Origin: an uncultured Planctomycetia bacterium
Lineage (GTDB): Bacteria > Omnitrophota > Gorgyraeia > Gorgyraeales > Gorgyraeaceae
Reading direction: 5' to 3'
Length of the DNA: 64,000 bases
Assembly (NCBI GenBank): GCA_964566255.1
Contig: CAZMID010000004.1
Coordinates: 3,441 to 67,440 of the forward strand
The notes beneath the pieces are model-generated. The model was not told where the DNA came from. It made no database searches and saw nothing but the letters and a program-made list of their open reading frames with translations. Position 1 is the first letter of the stretch. The number at the start of each line of letters is the position of its first letter. The translations under genes and the position numbers were made by a program. Positions 50,651 to 60,339 of the stretch are shown piece by piece.

Positions 50651-52496
50651 TTATTTCTCCTTGCACAAAACGTTCATATTCAGTATAAGAAAATTGTCTT
50701 ACATAGGTATCAATAAATCCACGGGCCCTTACATCTACCCCTTCTAATGATTCTGTTTTTAAAAAATCTGCTAATTGCGACTTAAGCTCATCTATAGTTT
50801 GAGAATAAACTACCCTCTCCTTAAGGAGAATAAGGGCATCTTCCCCTATTGACCATGATTCCTGATTAACCATCAGAAAAACTGGTCCAACATACTGTTT
50901 AAGGACCTGCAAGAGTACAGTTGATGGATTATCAAGGATAACGAAATCATAATTACTAACTAAGGCCTTATTTATTAAAATATCGCTATACGAAACCGAA
51001 CCATAGCCTTTCTCTTTTATATATCTACTCAGTTCAAGATGCGCTTGATGACCTTTTAATCCCTTAACTACTAGTTCTGTCTCGGTATTAGAGCCAAAAA
51101 AATCGATTATTTGTCTAGTTGCCTCGAACTGCAACACACTATTCCACTTAACCCGACCTTGACTATAAAAATTACCAATTACAGCTGGTATAAAAAGTCC
51201 CTTCTTTGAAGTGGGTAAGCTATTTACCTCAGAACCATCTCGAACTAGCTTCCTGTTAAACATATTTGACCCAACCTGAACACAAACAAAAGAACTATCT
51301 TCTTTAGATCCCGCTATACCATTGGAATCGTTCCTTCCAAAAGATAAAAAATAGTCAGCGGCCTTATAATCCGAAACATGCTGCAGAAAATGACTGCTAT
51401 ATCCATAAAACCCGCCATGCTGCCATACCGCTATTTTTCCATTAGCTTCTTTTGTCTTTTTAATAAGAAAATATGAGCTTAAGTGGACAGGGGCTAAACT
51501 GAAAATCATCAAATATTGCTTCTGACTATCCAAACAGGTATGCCAAAATAAATCCACATAATCTTGCATCCACATTGTATCATTTAAATATTGGACAATA
51601 GTATTATGAAACCTTTCGGCAAAATCAAATTCAAAGTCAAAGAATTTGCAGCGATAAGGCTTGGTTACCGACGTAGTGCAATCAGAACTACTCTTCTTAA
51701 GAAAACTCCTAGTAATCAGAAAGCGGAATAATTTACTCCATGAATGTAGATATGGCATTCGCCCGCCATGAAAAACCTGAGGAAATAAACTGCGAGAAGA
51801 ATAGACCCTATTATAATTAATTTTATTATCGTATCCGGGCCTAACCAAAATACAATCATGGTCTTTTCTGTTAAATGATAACACCTTCCAATAAATAAAT
51901 TTTAACGTATGCAAAAAAGGATTTAAATCAGATCTCTGATTATAAAAAATCGTCCTGGGTTTCTTTCGAAGGTCTCCACGATTCAGGCATCTGGTCTTTA
52001 CGCCTTTACTTTCAAAAAAATCTCTAACTAAACTACTAAATGAAGCCATTTCGAGCAATAGACCACCTTCATTCAACACCCTGTTTCTCTGTATCAAAAT
52101 AACTTCTTCCACTGGGCATTGATTTAACAAATCATTGCAAAATGAAATGATTCTATGGGTTGCGACCCAAATAGATAGCCAAAAATATTCCAGTGGAAAA
52201 GAACCCTCTGATGCATTATCGACAACCTTATTATTCAAACATAGCTCTTTTAAGAATTTTTGAGATTCCCCATAAAGTCTTTGCGTAAGAATAGAGCAAT
52301 CAACCTTTTCGCTTATGCGAGGAAGAAAATAATTTTTTTCAACTTCCTGCCACATAAGCTGCATCATAGGCAAAAAAGTAATAGGAAACCAGCAAAATTC
52401 CTTTGGAAGCACCTCTTTATAGAGTCCCTTAAAAGCTACAAAATCATTCTCATCAATTAAAATACAGGCTGTTTTATAATTAGATTTTTCTTTCAT
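50634..52496 (-). CDS. Hypothetical protein (620 aa), possible distant TagF-like CDP-/CMP-dependent phosphotransferase
   Basis: No strong motif; VWQHGGFYGYSSHF faintly resembles the WHG block of glycerophosphotransferases; soluble. Confidence 0.3.
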   Translation of the reverse strand: MKEKSNYKTACILIDENDFVAFKGLYKEVLPKEFCWFPITFLPMMQLMWQEVEKNYFLPRISEKVDCSILTQRLYGESQKFLKELCLNNKVVDNASEGSFPLEYFWLSIWVATHRIISFCNDLLNQCPVEEVILIQRNRVLNEGGLLLEMASFSSLVRDFFESKGVKTRCLNRGDLRKKPRTIFYNQRSDLNPFLHTLKFIYWKVLSFNRKDHDCILVRPGYDNKINYNRVYSSRSLFPQVFHGGRMPYLHSWSKLFRFLITRSFLKKSSSDCTTSVTKPYRCKFFDFEFDFAERFHNTIVQYLNDTMWMQDYVDLFWHTCLDSQKQYLMIFSLAPVHLSSYFLIKKTKEANGKIAVWQHGGFYGYSSHFLQHVSDYKAADYFLSFGRNDSNGIAGSKEDSSFVCVQVGSNMFNRKLVRDGSEVNSLPTSKKGLFIPAVIGNFYSQGRVKWNSVLQFEATRQIIDFFGSNTETELVVKGLKGHQAHLELSRYIKEKGYGSVSYSDILINKALVSNYDFVILDNPSTVLLQVLKQYVGPVFLMVNQESWSIGEDALILLKERVVYSQTIDELKSQLADFLKTESLEGVDVRARGFIDTYVRQFSYTEYERFVQGEINVSSR

Positions 52497-52507
52497 AATA
52501 TAACTCT

Positions 52508-53392
52508 TTAATATTGTTCTTTATATTTTAGAGTATCTTGTAAAAATTGATACGATTGGACTACTTTATCAATATCCAAATGTCGACCTTCAAAAATCAC
52601 TGGGATATCCTTGAAAAAATTGTCTCGCAAAACCTCCATATACCAGCCATCGCTTCTTAGGGCCTCGTGGTCGTCTTCCAATCCTTCGTTGTGACTAAGT
52701 TCAACTGCTACTATTCGAGGTTTTAACATCTCAATCACTCTATATTTATCAAAACTCCAGGCATAAGCTGCCAGGTTCAAATGTCCTAAGTTAAGGTTTA
52801 TGCCTATCTTTCTATCTTGGACCTCTTTTAGAAAAATAAAGAAATCATCTGGTTTTGAAAAAAGAACAAAATCCTTTTTTGAGACAGACCCTTGAGTCTC
52901 AACAGCTACTGTAATCGCTCTATCATTTATATACCGGGCAATCTCTTTTAGAGAGTCCAGAAAAATATTAAAACATTGCATATAATCAGGGAGCGGAACA
53001 GATGAATCTGGTAATGAAAAATCAAAGTCATAATTCTTTGATGATCGGGCCTCTCCTATCGGATCAACTAAGAAACCTGGATGTATTGTGTAAATCTTGG
53101 CGCCTATTGCCTCAGCAAAATCAATGGAATACTTGATAAACTCCAGACTCTTTCGGCGTATCTGATCATTGCAAGAGGCAATATTTAATATAATGCGTTC
53201 CGAAAGAGGAGGAAAAAAATTATGGACAATATAACTACATCTTATTTCCTTAAGTAAAGGCCCTAATCTCCTTTCACAACAATGTATAGATCCCAATTCT
53301 ATGTTAAAAATATTCTTTTCAGTAAGAAGACTTACCGCTTTGATAACTGAACTTTGATTCTGCATAAATGTCGTAGAAACGTAAACAGGCAT
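52508..53392 (-). CDS. Xylose-isomerase-like TIM-barrel protein (sugar-phosphate isomerase/epimerase family), tentative
   Basis: 294 aa; alternating conserved H/E/D residues (IHPGF, ETQG, NLGHLN, ELSHNEG) compatible with AP-endo2/xylose isomerase-like fold. Confidence 0.4.
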   Translation of the reverse strand: MPVYVSTTFMQNQSSVIKAVSLLTEKNIFNIELGSIHCCERRLGPLLKEIRCSYIVHNFFPPLSERIILNIASCNDQIRRKSLEFIKYSIDFAEAIGAKIYTIHPGFLVDPIGEARSSKNYDFDFSLPDSSVPLPDYMQCFNIFLDSLKEIARYINDRAITVAVETQGSVSKKDFVLFSKPDDFFIFLKEVQDRKIGINLNLGHLNLAAYAWSFDKYRVIEMLKPRIVAVELSHNEGLEDDHEALRSDGWYMEVLRDNFFKDIPVIFEGRHLDIDKVVQSYQFLQDTLKYKEQY

Positions 53393-53406
53393 AATATAAA
53401 TAAATC

Positions 53407-54057
53407 TTATTTTTGTAGATCAGTCTTGTGTCTAATTTCTTGAGCTGGCACTCCTACTACTGTAGTTTCAGGCAGGACATCTTTCCTCACGAGTGCCGCA
53501 GCTCCAACTATAGCCATGCGCCTGATAACTACATTCTCTAAAATAGATGCCCCCATACCTAAAAAGGCTGATTCTTCGATCTTCACTTTACCTGCAATAT
53601 CAACTCCTGGATTAATATTTACAAAATCTCCAATTTCCACATCATGACCTATGGAAACATTGGAGTTTATTATTACTGAATTTCCGATATTGACATTCGT
53701 ATTAATCGTAACGTTCGGATAAATCACGACTCCTTGGCCCAAAGAAACATCCGAAGCAACAACCGCTGAAGGATGCACTATGTTTATTGGCTTGAAACCA
53801 ATATCGCATATTTTTCTAAACAAAACCTTTCGCGTAGCTATCTCGCTCACTGCAACAAAGGCATAAGTCACATTTTGTCTGATAATACGCTCCAGTAAAT
53901 TATCATCGCCTAGAACAGGTATATCATTTATCAATATCCCCTTTCTAATTGAGCTGGGATCAGTAAAACCAATAATTCTATATTCATTGCTAGGTTGTAA
54001 AAAAGAAAGGGCTTCTCGAGCAAAAGCGCCAGTTCCTAAAATAACAACATTTCTCAT
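53407..54057 (-). CDS. PglD/NeuD-family sugar N-acetyltransferase (N-terminal Rossmann-like + hexapeptide LbH)
   Basis: 216 aa; VVILGTGAFAREAL...IIGFTD then hexapeptide repeats. Confidence 0.75.
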   Translation of the reverse strand: MRNVVILGTGAFAREALSFLQPSNEYRIIGFTDPSSIRKGILINDIPVLGDDNLLERIIRQNVTYAFVAVSEIATRKVLFRKICDIGFKPINIVHPSAVVASDVSLGQGVVIYPNVTINTNVNIGNSVIINSNVSIGHDVEIGDFVNINPGVDIAGKVKIEESAFLGMGASILENVVIRRMAIVGAAALVRKDVLPETTVVGVPAQEIRHKTDLQK

Positions 54058-54116
54058 ATAAACTTCCTATTTTATCTGATTCGATATAAATGTTGTAGAC
54101 ACAAAAATAGACATAT

Positions 54117-55064
54117 CTAGGACAAAATCATTCCGACTTTTAAATCTTTATTTTTAAAAAAATTATATGCTAAAGAACTATCGCCTTTATCTTCCCAACC
54201 AGCTTTCATCAGGCTAACATAACCATCTGATGCGGCAACAACAATGCCTTTTCCTTGCGTTACTTCTACAATTTCACCATTTATTCTCTTTTTAGAAGGT
54301 TTTACATTAGTCTTGCACTCCTTTGCCTCCCATATTAAAAGCTTTCTGTTATTATACATAGTGAAAGCTGGTTTAAATGGAGGAAAACATAACGCTCGTA
54401 TTAAAGTAACAACTTCTCTTTTATCTTTTTTCCAATCAATTTCTCCTCTAAAAGGAACCTGTCTTCCGTAATATTGAGCCAAAGTATGATCTTGTTTGAT
54501 ACTTTGAACCTTACCGCGCTTTTCAAAAAGTAGCAGCTTTTCTTTAAATAAATCTATCGCTCGTTCGCCTACTTTCTGATACAATGAAAATGCAGTATCT
54601 CTATTAGAAATCGTCACTTTTTTTATATCGATAATATCTCCAGCGTCAATTTCAGGTTCAATATAATGCATTGTAACACCTGTCTCTTTTTCTCCATTTA
54701 TAATGCTCCAGGCTCCTGAATAACAACCTCTGTATTTAGGCAATAATCCACCGTGTAAATTAATAGCACCATAACAAGGTATATCCAATATAGCCTTTGG
54801 GATAATCTTTGGATAATAACAAGAAAAGATTATATCAGGTTTTAAAGCATCAATTTTAGCTATAAATTTCTCACTCTTTAAATCAATCGAGTTTAGCATA
54901 TTCAAATTGTTCTCTAGTGCGATTTTCTTAACAGAACGACACCATGTATCTATACCTCTATCATCTGGAGACACAGCAACCCCAACAATATTTTTATTGC
55001 TTTTAAGTAGATATTCTAAGCAATAAGCTCCTACATCTCTATAACCCAATAGTAATATCTTCAT
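54117..55064 (-). CDS. Sugar N-formyltransferase (second copy, formyl_trans_N family)
   Basis: 315 aa; AINLHGGLLPKYRGCYSGAWSIINGEKETGVTMHYIEPEIDAGDI. Confidence 0.75.
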   Translation of the reverse strand: MKILLLGYRDVGAYCLEYLLKSNKNIVGVAVSPDDRGIDTWCRSVKKIALENNLNMLNSIDLKSEKFIAKIDALKPDIIFSCYYPKIIPKAILDIPCYGAINLHGGLLPKYRGCYSGAWSIINGEKETGVTMHYIEPEIDAGDIIDIKKVTISNRDTAFSLYQKVGERAIDLFKEKLLLFEKRGKVQSIKQDHTLAQYYGRQVPFRGEIDWKKDKREVVTLIRALCFPPFKPAFTMYNNRKLLIWEAKECKTNVKPSKKRINGEIVEVTQGKGIVVAASDGYVSLMKAGWEDKGDSSLAYNFFKNKDLKVGMILS

Positions 55065-56125
55065 TTTTCCATTTCAGTTTTTAACATCTTCCAGTCTATA
55101 ACGCTATCTTTTTGTATAAACGCTTTGACCCTTTTACCTATAAGAGAATCAATGAATTTTGGCTGGATTCCTGTTCCTGGCCTTTTTGTAACAAGCATAT
55201 CTCGAGTTATTGTCTCATTTTTATTTATATCTACTTTACTAACTACACTCTTCCTTAATTTTATACGATTCTCTTTTTCTGATTCAGCAGGTTTTTTGAT
55301 AGAACTACCTAGTGTTAGCTCTGTAGTACGTATATCATGAACAAGCCTTTTTAATTCTTGAGGATTTAGTGAACTTTTATGATCAGGACCCGGTAGATTT
55401 TTATCAAGTGTAAAATGTTTTTCGTATAAAACAGCTCCTAATACAGTAGCAGCAATTGGATTAATATAATCTGGCGTATGGTCAGAGTACCCCACTAAAA
55501 GGTTAAATTCCTCCCTCAATAGAGAGATTACTCTCAAATTTGTATCTTCCAATTTGGCAGGATAATTTGCTGTGCAATGAAGTAGTATCAGGTCTTGGTA
55601 ACCTTCGTTTCTTATAGTATCAATGCCTTCTTTAACCTCTTCCAGCGTACACATGGCGGTGGACAAAATGATTGGACGCTTCTTGCGTGCTAAATATTTA
55701 AGAAAAGGGATGTTATTGGCATCTGTAGATGCTACTTTAAAGGCAGGAATATCCAAATCCTCCAGCATGTCAGCACTCTTCTCATCGTAAGGCGTAGAAA
55801 GAAACATAATTCTCATTTTATTACAGTGTTCTATCAATGCCTCATGAGCATATCTATCGAGTTCCTGACTCTTCAGCAAATCAAACCAAGACTGCTCCAT
55901 GCCTGTGGTTTCAATATGATAAGTAGATTTTGGAGCGGTTTTGGTATTCAGATTCTCTGCTTTAAAAGTCTGGAATTTCACAGCATCTGCACCAGATTCT
56001 TTAGCTAGTTCAATCATCTTTTTAGCCAGTTCAATATCACCATTGTGATTAACGCCGGCTTCTGCAATAATAAATACTGGCTCTCCTTCACCAATAATTC
56101 GATTAGCAATCTTTATCTTCTTCAT
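55061..56125 (-). CDS. Nonulosonic acid synthase (NeuB/PseI/LegI family) with C-terminal SAF domain
   Basis: 354 aa; FIIAEAGVNHNGDIELAKKMIELAKESGADAVKFQTF (NeuB N-terminal signature), SDHT metal site, C-terminal SAF-like region. Confidence 0.85.
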   Translation of the reverse strand: MKKIKIANRIIGEGEPVFIIAEAGVNHNGDIELAKKMIELAKESGADAVKFQTFKAENLNTKTAPKSTYHIETTGMEQSWFDLLKSQELDRYAHEALIEHCNKMRIMFLSTPYDEKSADMLEDLDIPAFKVASTDANNIPFLKYLARKKRPIILSTAMCTLEEVKEGIDTIRNEGYQDLILLHCTANYPAKLEDTNLRVISLLREEFNLLVGYSDHTPDYINPIAATVLGAVLYEKHFTLDKNLPGPDHKSSLNPQELKRLVHDIRTTELTLGSSIKKPAESEKENRIKLRKSVVSKVDINKNETITRDMLVTKRPGTGIQPKFIDSLIGKRVKAFIQKDSVIDWKMLKTEMEK

Positions 56126-56823
56126 TTACTCATTTTCTCCCACCATGGATATAAAAGTTCAGCAATCTTGAAATCAAGTTCAGTATCTATGTCAACAGCG
56201 GCTATATCACCCATCTTTATAAAACCGACTTTATCTCCATATATACTTTTCTTGTCTAAGATAGTCTCCCTTTTTATCACCTCAATAGTCCCATTGCCCT
56301 GATATACCTTAGGAAGATCTTGTCGTCTCGTCAGTTCATACCCTGTCTCAATAAAATTTACCAGCCTATCTTCAGCGATCCTTTTCATCCAATATGGCGG
56401 ATAAACTGCTTTTGATATTGCCCTAATAGAATCAAAATCAGATTCAAAAATCCTCTTTATCGCTTTATCAATTTCATCAGCAGTACGAAATATACTAGTA
56501 GGTCGTAAAAAAACAATATAATCCGGCTTCCAATTATGCGCATCAAACCAGAGTAGGGCATGTTCAATCACAGAAAAATCAGAAGCAGTATCTTCTGCGA
56601 GTTCACCGGGTCTCAAAAATGGAACTTCAGCACCATATTTCTTGGCCACATCAGCTATCTCCTGATCTTCAGTAGAAACTACAGTCCTACTTATAAATTT
56701 ACTCTTTAATGCTTCTTCAATCGCGTAAGCAACCAAAGGTCTATCCTTTAAAAGCCTAATGTTTTTGCGTTTTATCTCTTTTGATTTTCCACGTGCAGGT
56801 ATTAAACCAAGGACATTCTTCAT
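56122..56823 (-). CDS. CMP-nonulosonic acid synthetase (acylneuraminate cytidylyltransferase family); start re-called at internal ATG
   Basis: LGLIPARGKSKEIKRKNIRLL and FLRPTS motifs of the NeuA/PseF/LegF family. Starting at MKNVLGLIPARG removes the overlap with the upstream methyltransferase. Confidence 0.8.
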   Translation of the reverse strand: MKNVLGLIPARGKSKEIKRKNIRLLKDRPLVAYAIEEALKSKFISRTVVSTEDQEIADVAKKYGAEVPFLRPGELAEDTASDFSVIEHALLWFDAHNWKPDYIVFLRPTSIFRTADEIDKAIKRIFESDFDSIRAISKAVYPPYWMKRIAEDRLVNFIETGYELTRRQDLPKVYQGNGTIEVIKRETILDKKSIYGDKVGFIKMGDIAAVDIDTELDFKIAELLYPWWEKMSK

Positions 56824-56824
56824 T

Positions 56825-57646
56825 CTATGCCTCCATCTTTCTGGCATACGTTGTCATTATATTGCCATAAAAAGGCGGTGATATTTTACCCTTATCAAAT
56901 AATCGAATAAGATTTTTAATAGTAAAATAATCTGTTGTAAAAAAGGGGGTTTCTTTCTTTATAACCCTGTATCCAATCTTATTTAACAATAATTGTACGG
57001 TCTTCTCTGAAAACATCGTTAAATGCTCTTTTCCTAATAATCTAAAGTTACCCTTGAATCTTTTTGCACAGAAACTACTCACATTCGGTAATCCAATAAT
57101 TACAATGCCATTCTTCTTCATGATCGTTTTGATCATCTGCATGAATTCAAGTGGATCCACTAAATGTTCAATTACATGATAAAGCACTACTATATCAAAA
57201 TATTCTCTTGGAAAGGTGTTCTTATCTAGTAAGTCCTTGCATATATTAATTTCCTGGTAGTTGTCTTTTATATACTCTACGCATACATCTGAAATCTCAA
57301 GGCCGTATTTTTCATGTTTATTAGAAATAGCGGAAAGCAAAAAACCTGGGCCACACCCCACATCAAGAAGTCTCCCCGAAGACTGTCTGTTGATAAACGA
57401 AGGTATCCTACCATACCAATTTTTTAATTTGGGACTTCTTTCTAAAAGCATGTTTCTCTTTTTCCCATCAGGATCAAGTGATTGCTGCCAATAGTCTTCC
57501 TTGTATTCCATCTCCAGATAGGGGTTCTGGATAATAAGACTACAATTAACGCATTCGACAAACTGGTTATTTTGCCAATCATAAAAAGTAAACTTAAAGT
57601 CACTCCCCTTACATAAGGGACAATTTTTTCTATATAACTTTTTCAT
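56825..57646 (-). CDS. Class I SAM-dependent methyltransferase with N-terminal Cys4 zinc ribbon
   Basis: CPLCKGSDF...CVNCSL, motif I LLDVGCGPGFL; start probably at MKKLYRKNCPLC. Confidence 0.7.
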   Translation of the reverse strand: MKKLYRKNCPLCKGSDFKFTFYDWQNNQFVECVNCSLIIQNPYLEMEYKEDYWQQSLDPDGKKRNMLLERSPKLKNWYGRIPSFINRQSSGRLLDVGCGPGFLLSAISNKHEKYGLEISDVCVEYIKDNYQEINICKDLLDKNTFPREYFDIVVLYHVIEHLVDPLEFMQMIKTIMKKNGIVIIGLPNVSSFCAKRFKGNFRLLGKEHLTMFSEKTVQLLLNKIGYRVIKKETPFFTTDYFTIKNLIRLFDKGKISPPFYGNIMTTYARKMEA

Positions 57647-58376
57647 GACTAATGATATGTTTATTTTTAAATGCAACTAAGTATAAAAAAGACAAGATGA
57701 AAAGCCATAAAGAAATAGACTTATAAAATGTCTTCTCTGGAATCAATGGCAGATCTTCCTTCTCAGAAAAGACAACTCGCCTATCTTCATCCATAATATC
57801 AAAGGATATATAATTCCTGCCTGGCTTTTCAAAACTGAAATTGGCAAGTACCCTTACCTCATTCAGCCCTAATTGTAAAAATTTGGTAATTTCTATCACT
57901 GGGAAGTCTTTTTTATATTCGCGATTAGTGCCAAATGTTTTGTTATAATCAGGTACCCAGTTAAACTCTACAAAATTGTCATTGATGTAAAGCCTGTAAA
58001 GCTCTTGCGTCTTGATACGCATAAAATACTTATCCCTTTTATCTATCTCTATCTGTCCGGACAATTCATAATTCCTTCCGTGCATAAAATACTGGTCAAC
58101 CTTATTCCCATCAAACACTATATTCTCTGGATAATGCCGCCTCCTAATAGACCTTGCGTATGCATGGTAAGAATCGTATAAATCAGCTATCCTATTATTG
58201 TCTCCTTCCTTATTTAGCAAAATATTTTTGAATTCGCTCCAAAAAGGATAGCGATCGACCTTTAAAAAAATTATCCCAGTAAAAACTGACCATGTTACGG
58301 TCAATAGTATCAAAGTAATAATAACTATGATGTTCTTGAGCGGTAGGCCTTTGATAATACGCGTATCTTCTAACAT
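57630..58376 (-). CDS. Hypothetical bitopic membrane protein
   Basis: 248 aa; N-terminal TM helix, ~180-aa extracytoplasmic domain, C-terminal TM helix. No motif recognised. Confidence 0.4.
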   Translation of the reverse strand: MLEDTRIIKGLPLKNIIVIITLILLTVTWSVFTGIIFLKVDRYPFWSEFKNILLNKEGDNNRIADLYDSYHAYARSIRRRHYPENIVFDGNKVDQYFMHGRNYELSGQIEIDKRDKYFMRIKTQELYRLYINDNFVEFNWVPDYNKTFGTNREYKKDFPVIEITKFLQLGLNEVRVLANFSFEKPGRNYISFDIMDEDRRVVFSEKEDLPLIPEKTFYKSISLWLFILSFLYLVAFKNKHIISHEKVI

Positions 58377-58389
58377 CTAAAACTCCTAA

Positions 58390-59616
58390 TTATCTAGTAA
58401 CTACTAAAAAATTGCTCTTCTTCACTAAAGACACTAGCCAGATCAATATAAGTGCCGGAAGAAGTGCTACGCCTCCTATAAAATGAAAAGACTTAACAAA
58501 ACATTCTGGATAAAGCCAATAATTATAAAAACTCTTCATGGATGTCAATGGAACAAACTGATGATAATTTGCATATTGATTTGTTTCGAAAATCAAGTAT
58601 TGAGAGAAATTCAACTGCCATATAAACCCTAAAACAGAATATAGACAAAAAAGTTTATCTATAAAGATAACACCTATCGGAATAACCCAATATAAATACT
58701 GCGATGCCAAAACTGGAGATAAAATATAAACAACGAGTATAGTTATCAAAAGTAATGCCAAGATATTTGTTTTTCTGCCAACATACCCAATAATAACTGC
58801 AGAGATAATTATAATAAATTTTGAAAATTTAGCATAAACTCTTATTAAATCTCCGATGGTAGCTAACTCAAAGAAAGGAATCCCCCATCCAAGATGTCCA
58901 CCACCGCTATAACCAAGCATTGACCTAATGCTTCTAATAATCAAAAGTTGGTCTAACAACAGCAAAAAAGGCAAGATACACCCCAATATATAGATCAAAA
59001 GAAAACCTCTTTTATCTTTTGCATGAGGCCTCTTGAAAAAGAAAGCCGGGAGACAGAAAATAACATACGGCTTAAAATATGTAGCTAACAACAATGTCAA
59101 TGGAATAGCTACATTTTTATGTCTTTCTGCCCAGGAATGCGATAATTCAATATAGACTGCTAGCAGGATAAAAAAGAATACCTGCTGATCAAATTGCCCA
59201 TGCAGTGCAGTAAGCTGAAAACTCATGGGATTAAAAATATAAGCAGCGCATACAAATAATGAAAATCTGTCAGATTTTCCCATTTGTCTTGTGATTTTAA
59301 ACAATAAGAACATAATTCCTATGTCTGCGAAAATATCAGCTAATCTCATCCAAAACGAGTAAAAGAGTCCAAAATGATCTACAAAGACTCCAAAGATATA
59401 CCCAAATACATAAATTGAAGGAAAATATGGTATCCCTATAGGTATTTGACCATCAATCAAATATTCATTATAAGATTCGAGGTTCGAAGGATCGCCATGC
59501 CCTTTAAAAAGATAAGCAAATGCCAATCTTATTAACACGCCTAAAAATAATAAAATGGCGTATTTGATATAATCTCTACGGCAAGCCTTATCTTGTAATG
59601 TCGCTTTAAAAAACAT
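58390..59616 (-). CDS. Polytopic membrane protein, possible GT-C-fold polyprenyl-phosphate-sugar-dependent glycosyltransferase (DUF2029/PMT_2-like)
   Basis: 408 aa, about 10-11 TM helices, first loop rich in aromatic/acidic residues. Immediately downstream of a DPM1-like GT2. Confidence 0.4.
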   Translation of the reverse strand: MFFKATLQDKACRRDYIKYAILLFLGVLIRLAFAYLFKGHGDPSNLESYNEYLIDGQIPIGIPYFPSIYVFGYIFGVFVDHFGLFYSFWMRLADIFADIGIMFLLFKITRQMGKSDRFSLFVCAAYIFNPMSFQLTALHGQFDQQVFFFILLAVYIELSHSWAERHKNVAIPLTLLLATYFKPYVIFCLPAFFFKRPHAKDKRGFLLIYILGCILPFLLLLDQLLIIRSIRSMLGYSGGGHLGWGIPFFELATIGDLIRVYAKFSKFIIIISAVIIGYVGRKTNILALLLITILVVYILSPVLASQYLYWVIPIGVIFIDKLFCLYSVLGFIWQLNFSQYLIFETNQYANYHQFVPLTSMKSFYNYWLYPECFVKSFHFIGGVALLPALILIWLVSLVKKSNFLVVTR

Positions 59617-59619
59617 AAA

Positions 59620-60318
59620 TCATCTTCCTTTCAACCTGAAGTAAAACATCTCTTTTAATCCAGAAAAAGCAGCGGGGATATGCCTAATTGACCTTCTGCC
59701 TTTTACGCGCTTCAAATAAGCTATAGGGATTTCTTTTATAGATAATTGCATACTTTTACTTTTTATAGCAACTTTTGTTGTTGTCATAATAGGGTGGATA
59801 TCAAGTATGCCTAAAACAGGTAAGAGCTTTTCCCTCCTGTATAATTTAAAGGCGCAATTAGGATCTCTTAAGAATATGCGAAAAAGAATCAAGGTTAATA
59901 AAATATTCCCTATCGTGAAAAAAATACGCTCCCTGCTATCCCTATGGGTTATATTTCGAACTCCCCATATAGCATCGTAATCATCGCGATACTTCCATAA
60001 CTTCCAGATATCCTTAGGATAATGTGAATAATCGGCATCTGCCCACATAACATAATCCTTAGAGGCATACTTAAGTCCTTTAAAAACTGTTTCGCCATAT
60101 CTTTTATTTTTCTCATTATTTAATACAACAACTTGGGAGAACTGTCCTTTTAACTTTCTTAGTATCTGTGATGTAGAATCTGTTGAAGCGTCATTAACTA
60201 TAATTATCTCAAAATCGTCTAAATGCCTACTAAGCTCAGCATGCCAATCACACGTAAAACGCTGAATATTATCTTCTTCGTTATAACACGGGACCACAAG
60301 ACTTAATGACGGTTTCAT
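59620..60318 (-). CDS. GT2 polyprenyl-phosphate sugar synthase (DPM1/ArnC-like), soluble form
   Basis: 232 aa; LSLVVPCYNEEDNI, IIVNDASTDST, DADYSHYP (DAD motif). Confidence 0.8.
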   Translation of the reverse strand: MKPSLSLVVPCYNEEDNIQRFTCDWHAELSRHLDDFEIIIVNDASTDSTSQILRKLKGQFSQVVVLNNEKNKRYGETVFKGLKYASKDYVMWADADYSHYPKDIWKLWKYRDDYDAIWGVRNITHRDSRERIFFTIGNILLTLILFRIFLRDPNCAFKLYRREKLLPVLGILDIHPIMTTTKVAIKSKSMQLSIKEIPIAYLKRVKGRRSIRHIPAAFSGLKEMFYFRLKGR

Positions 60319-60339
60319 AAAGAGCCTCTTTTATAAAAA

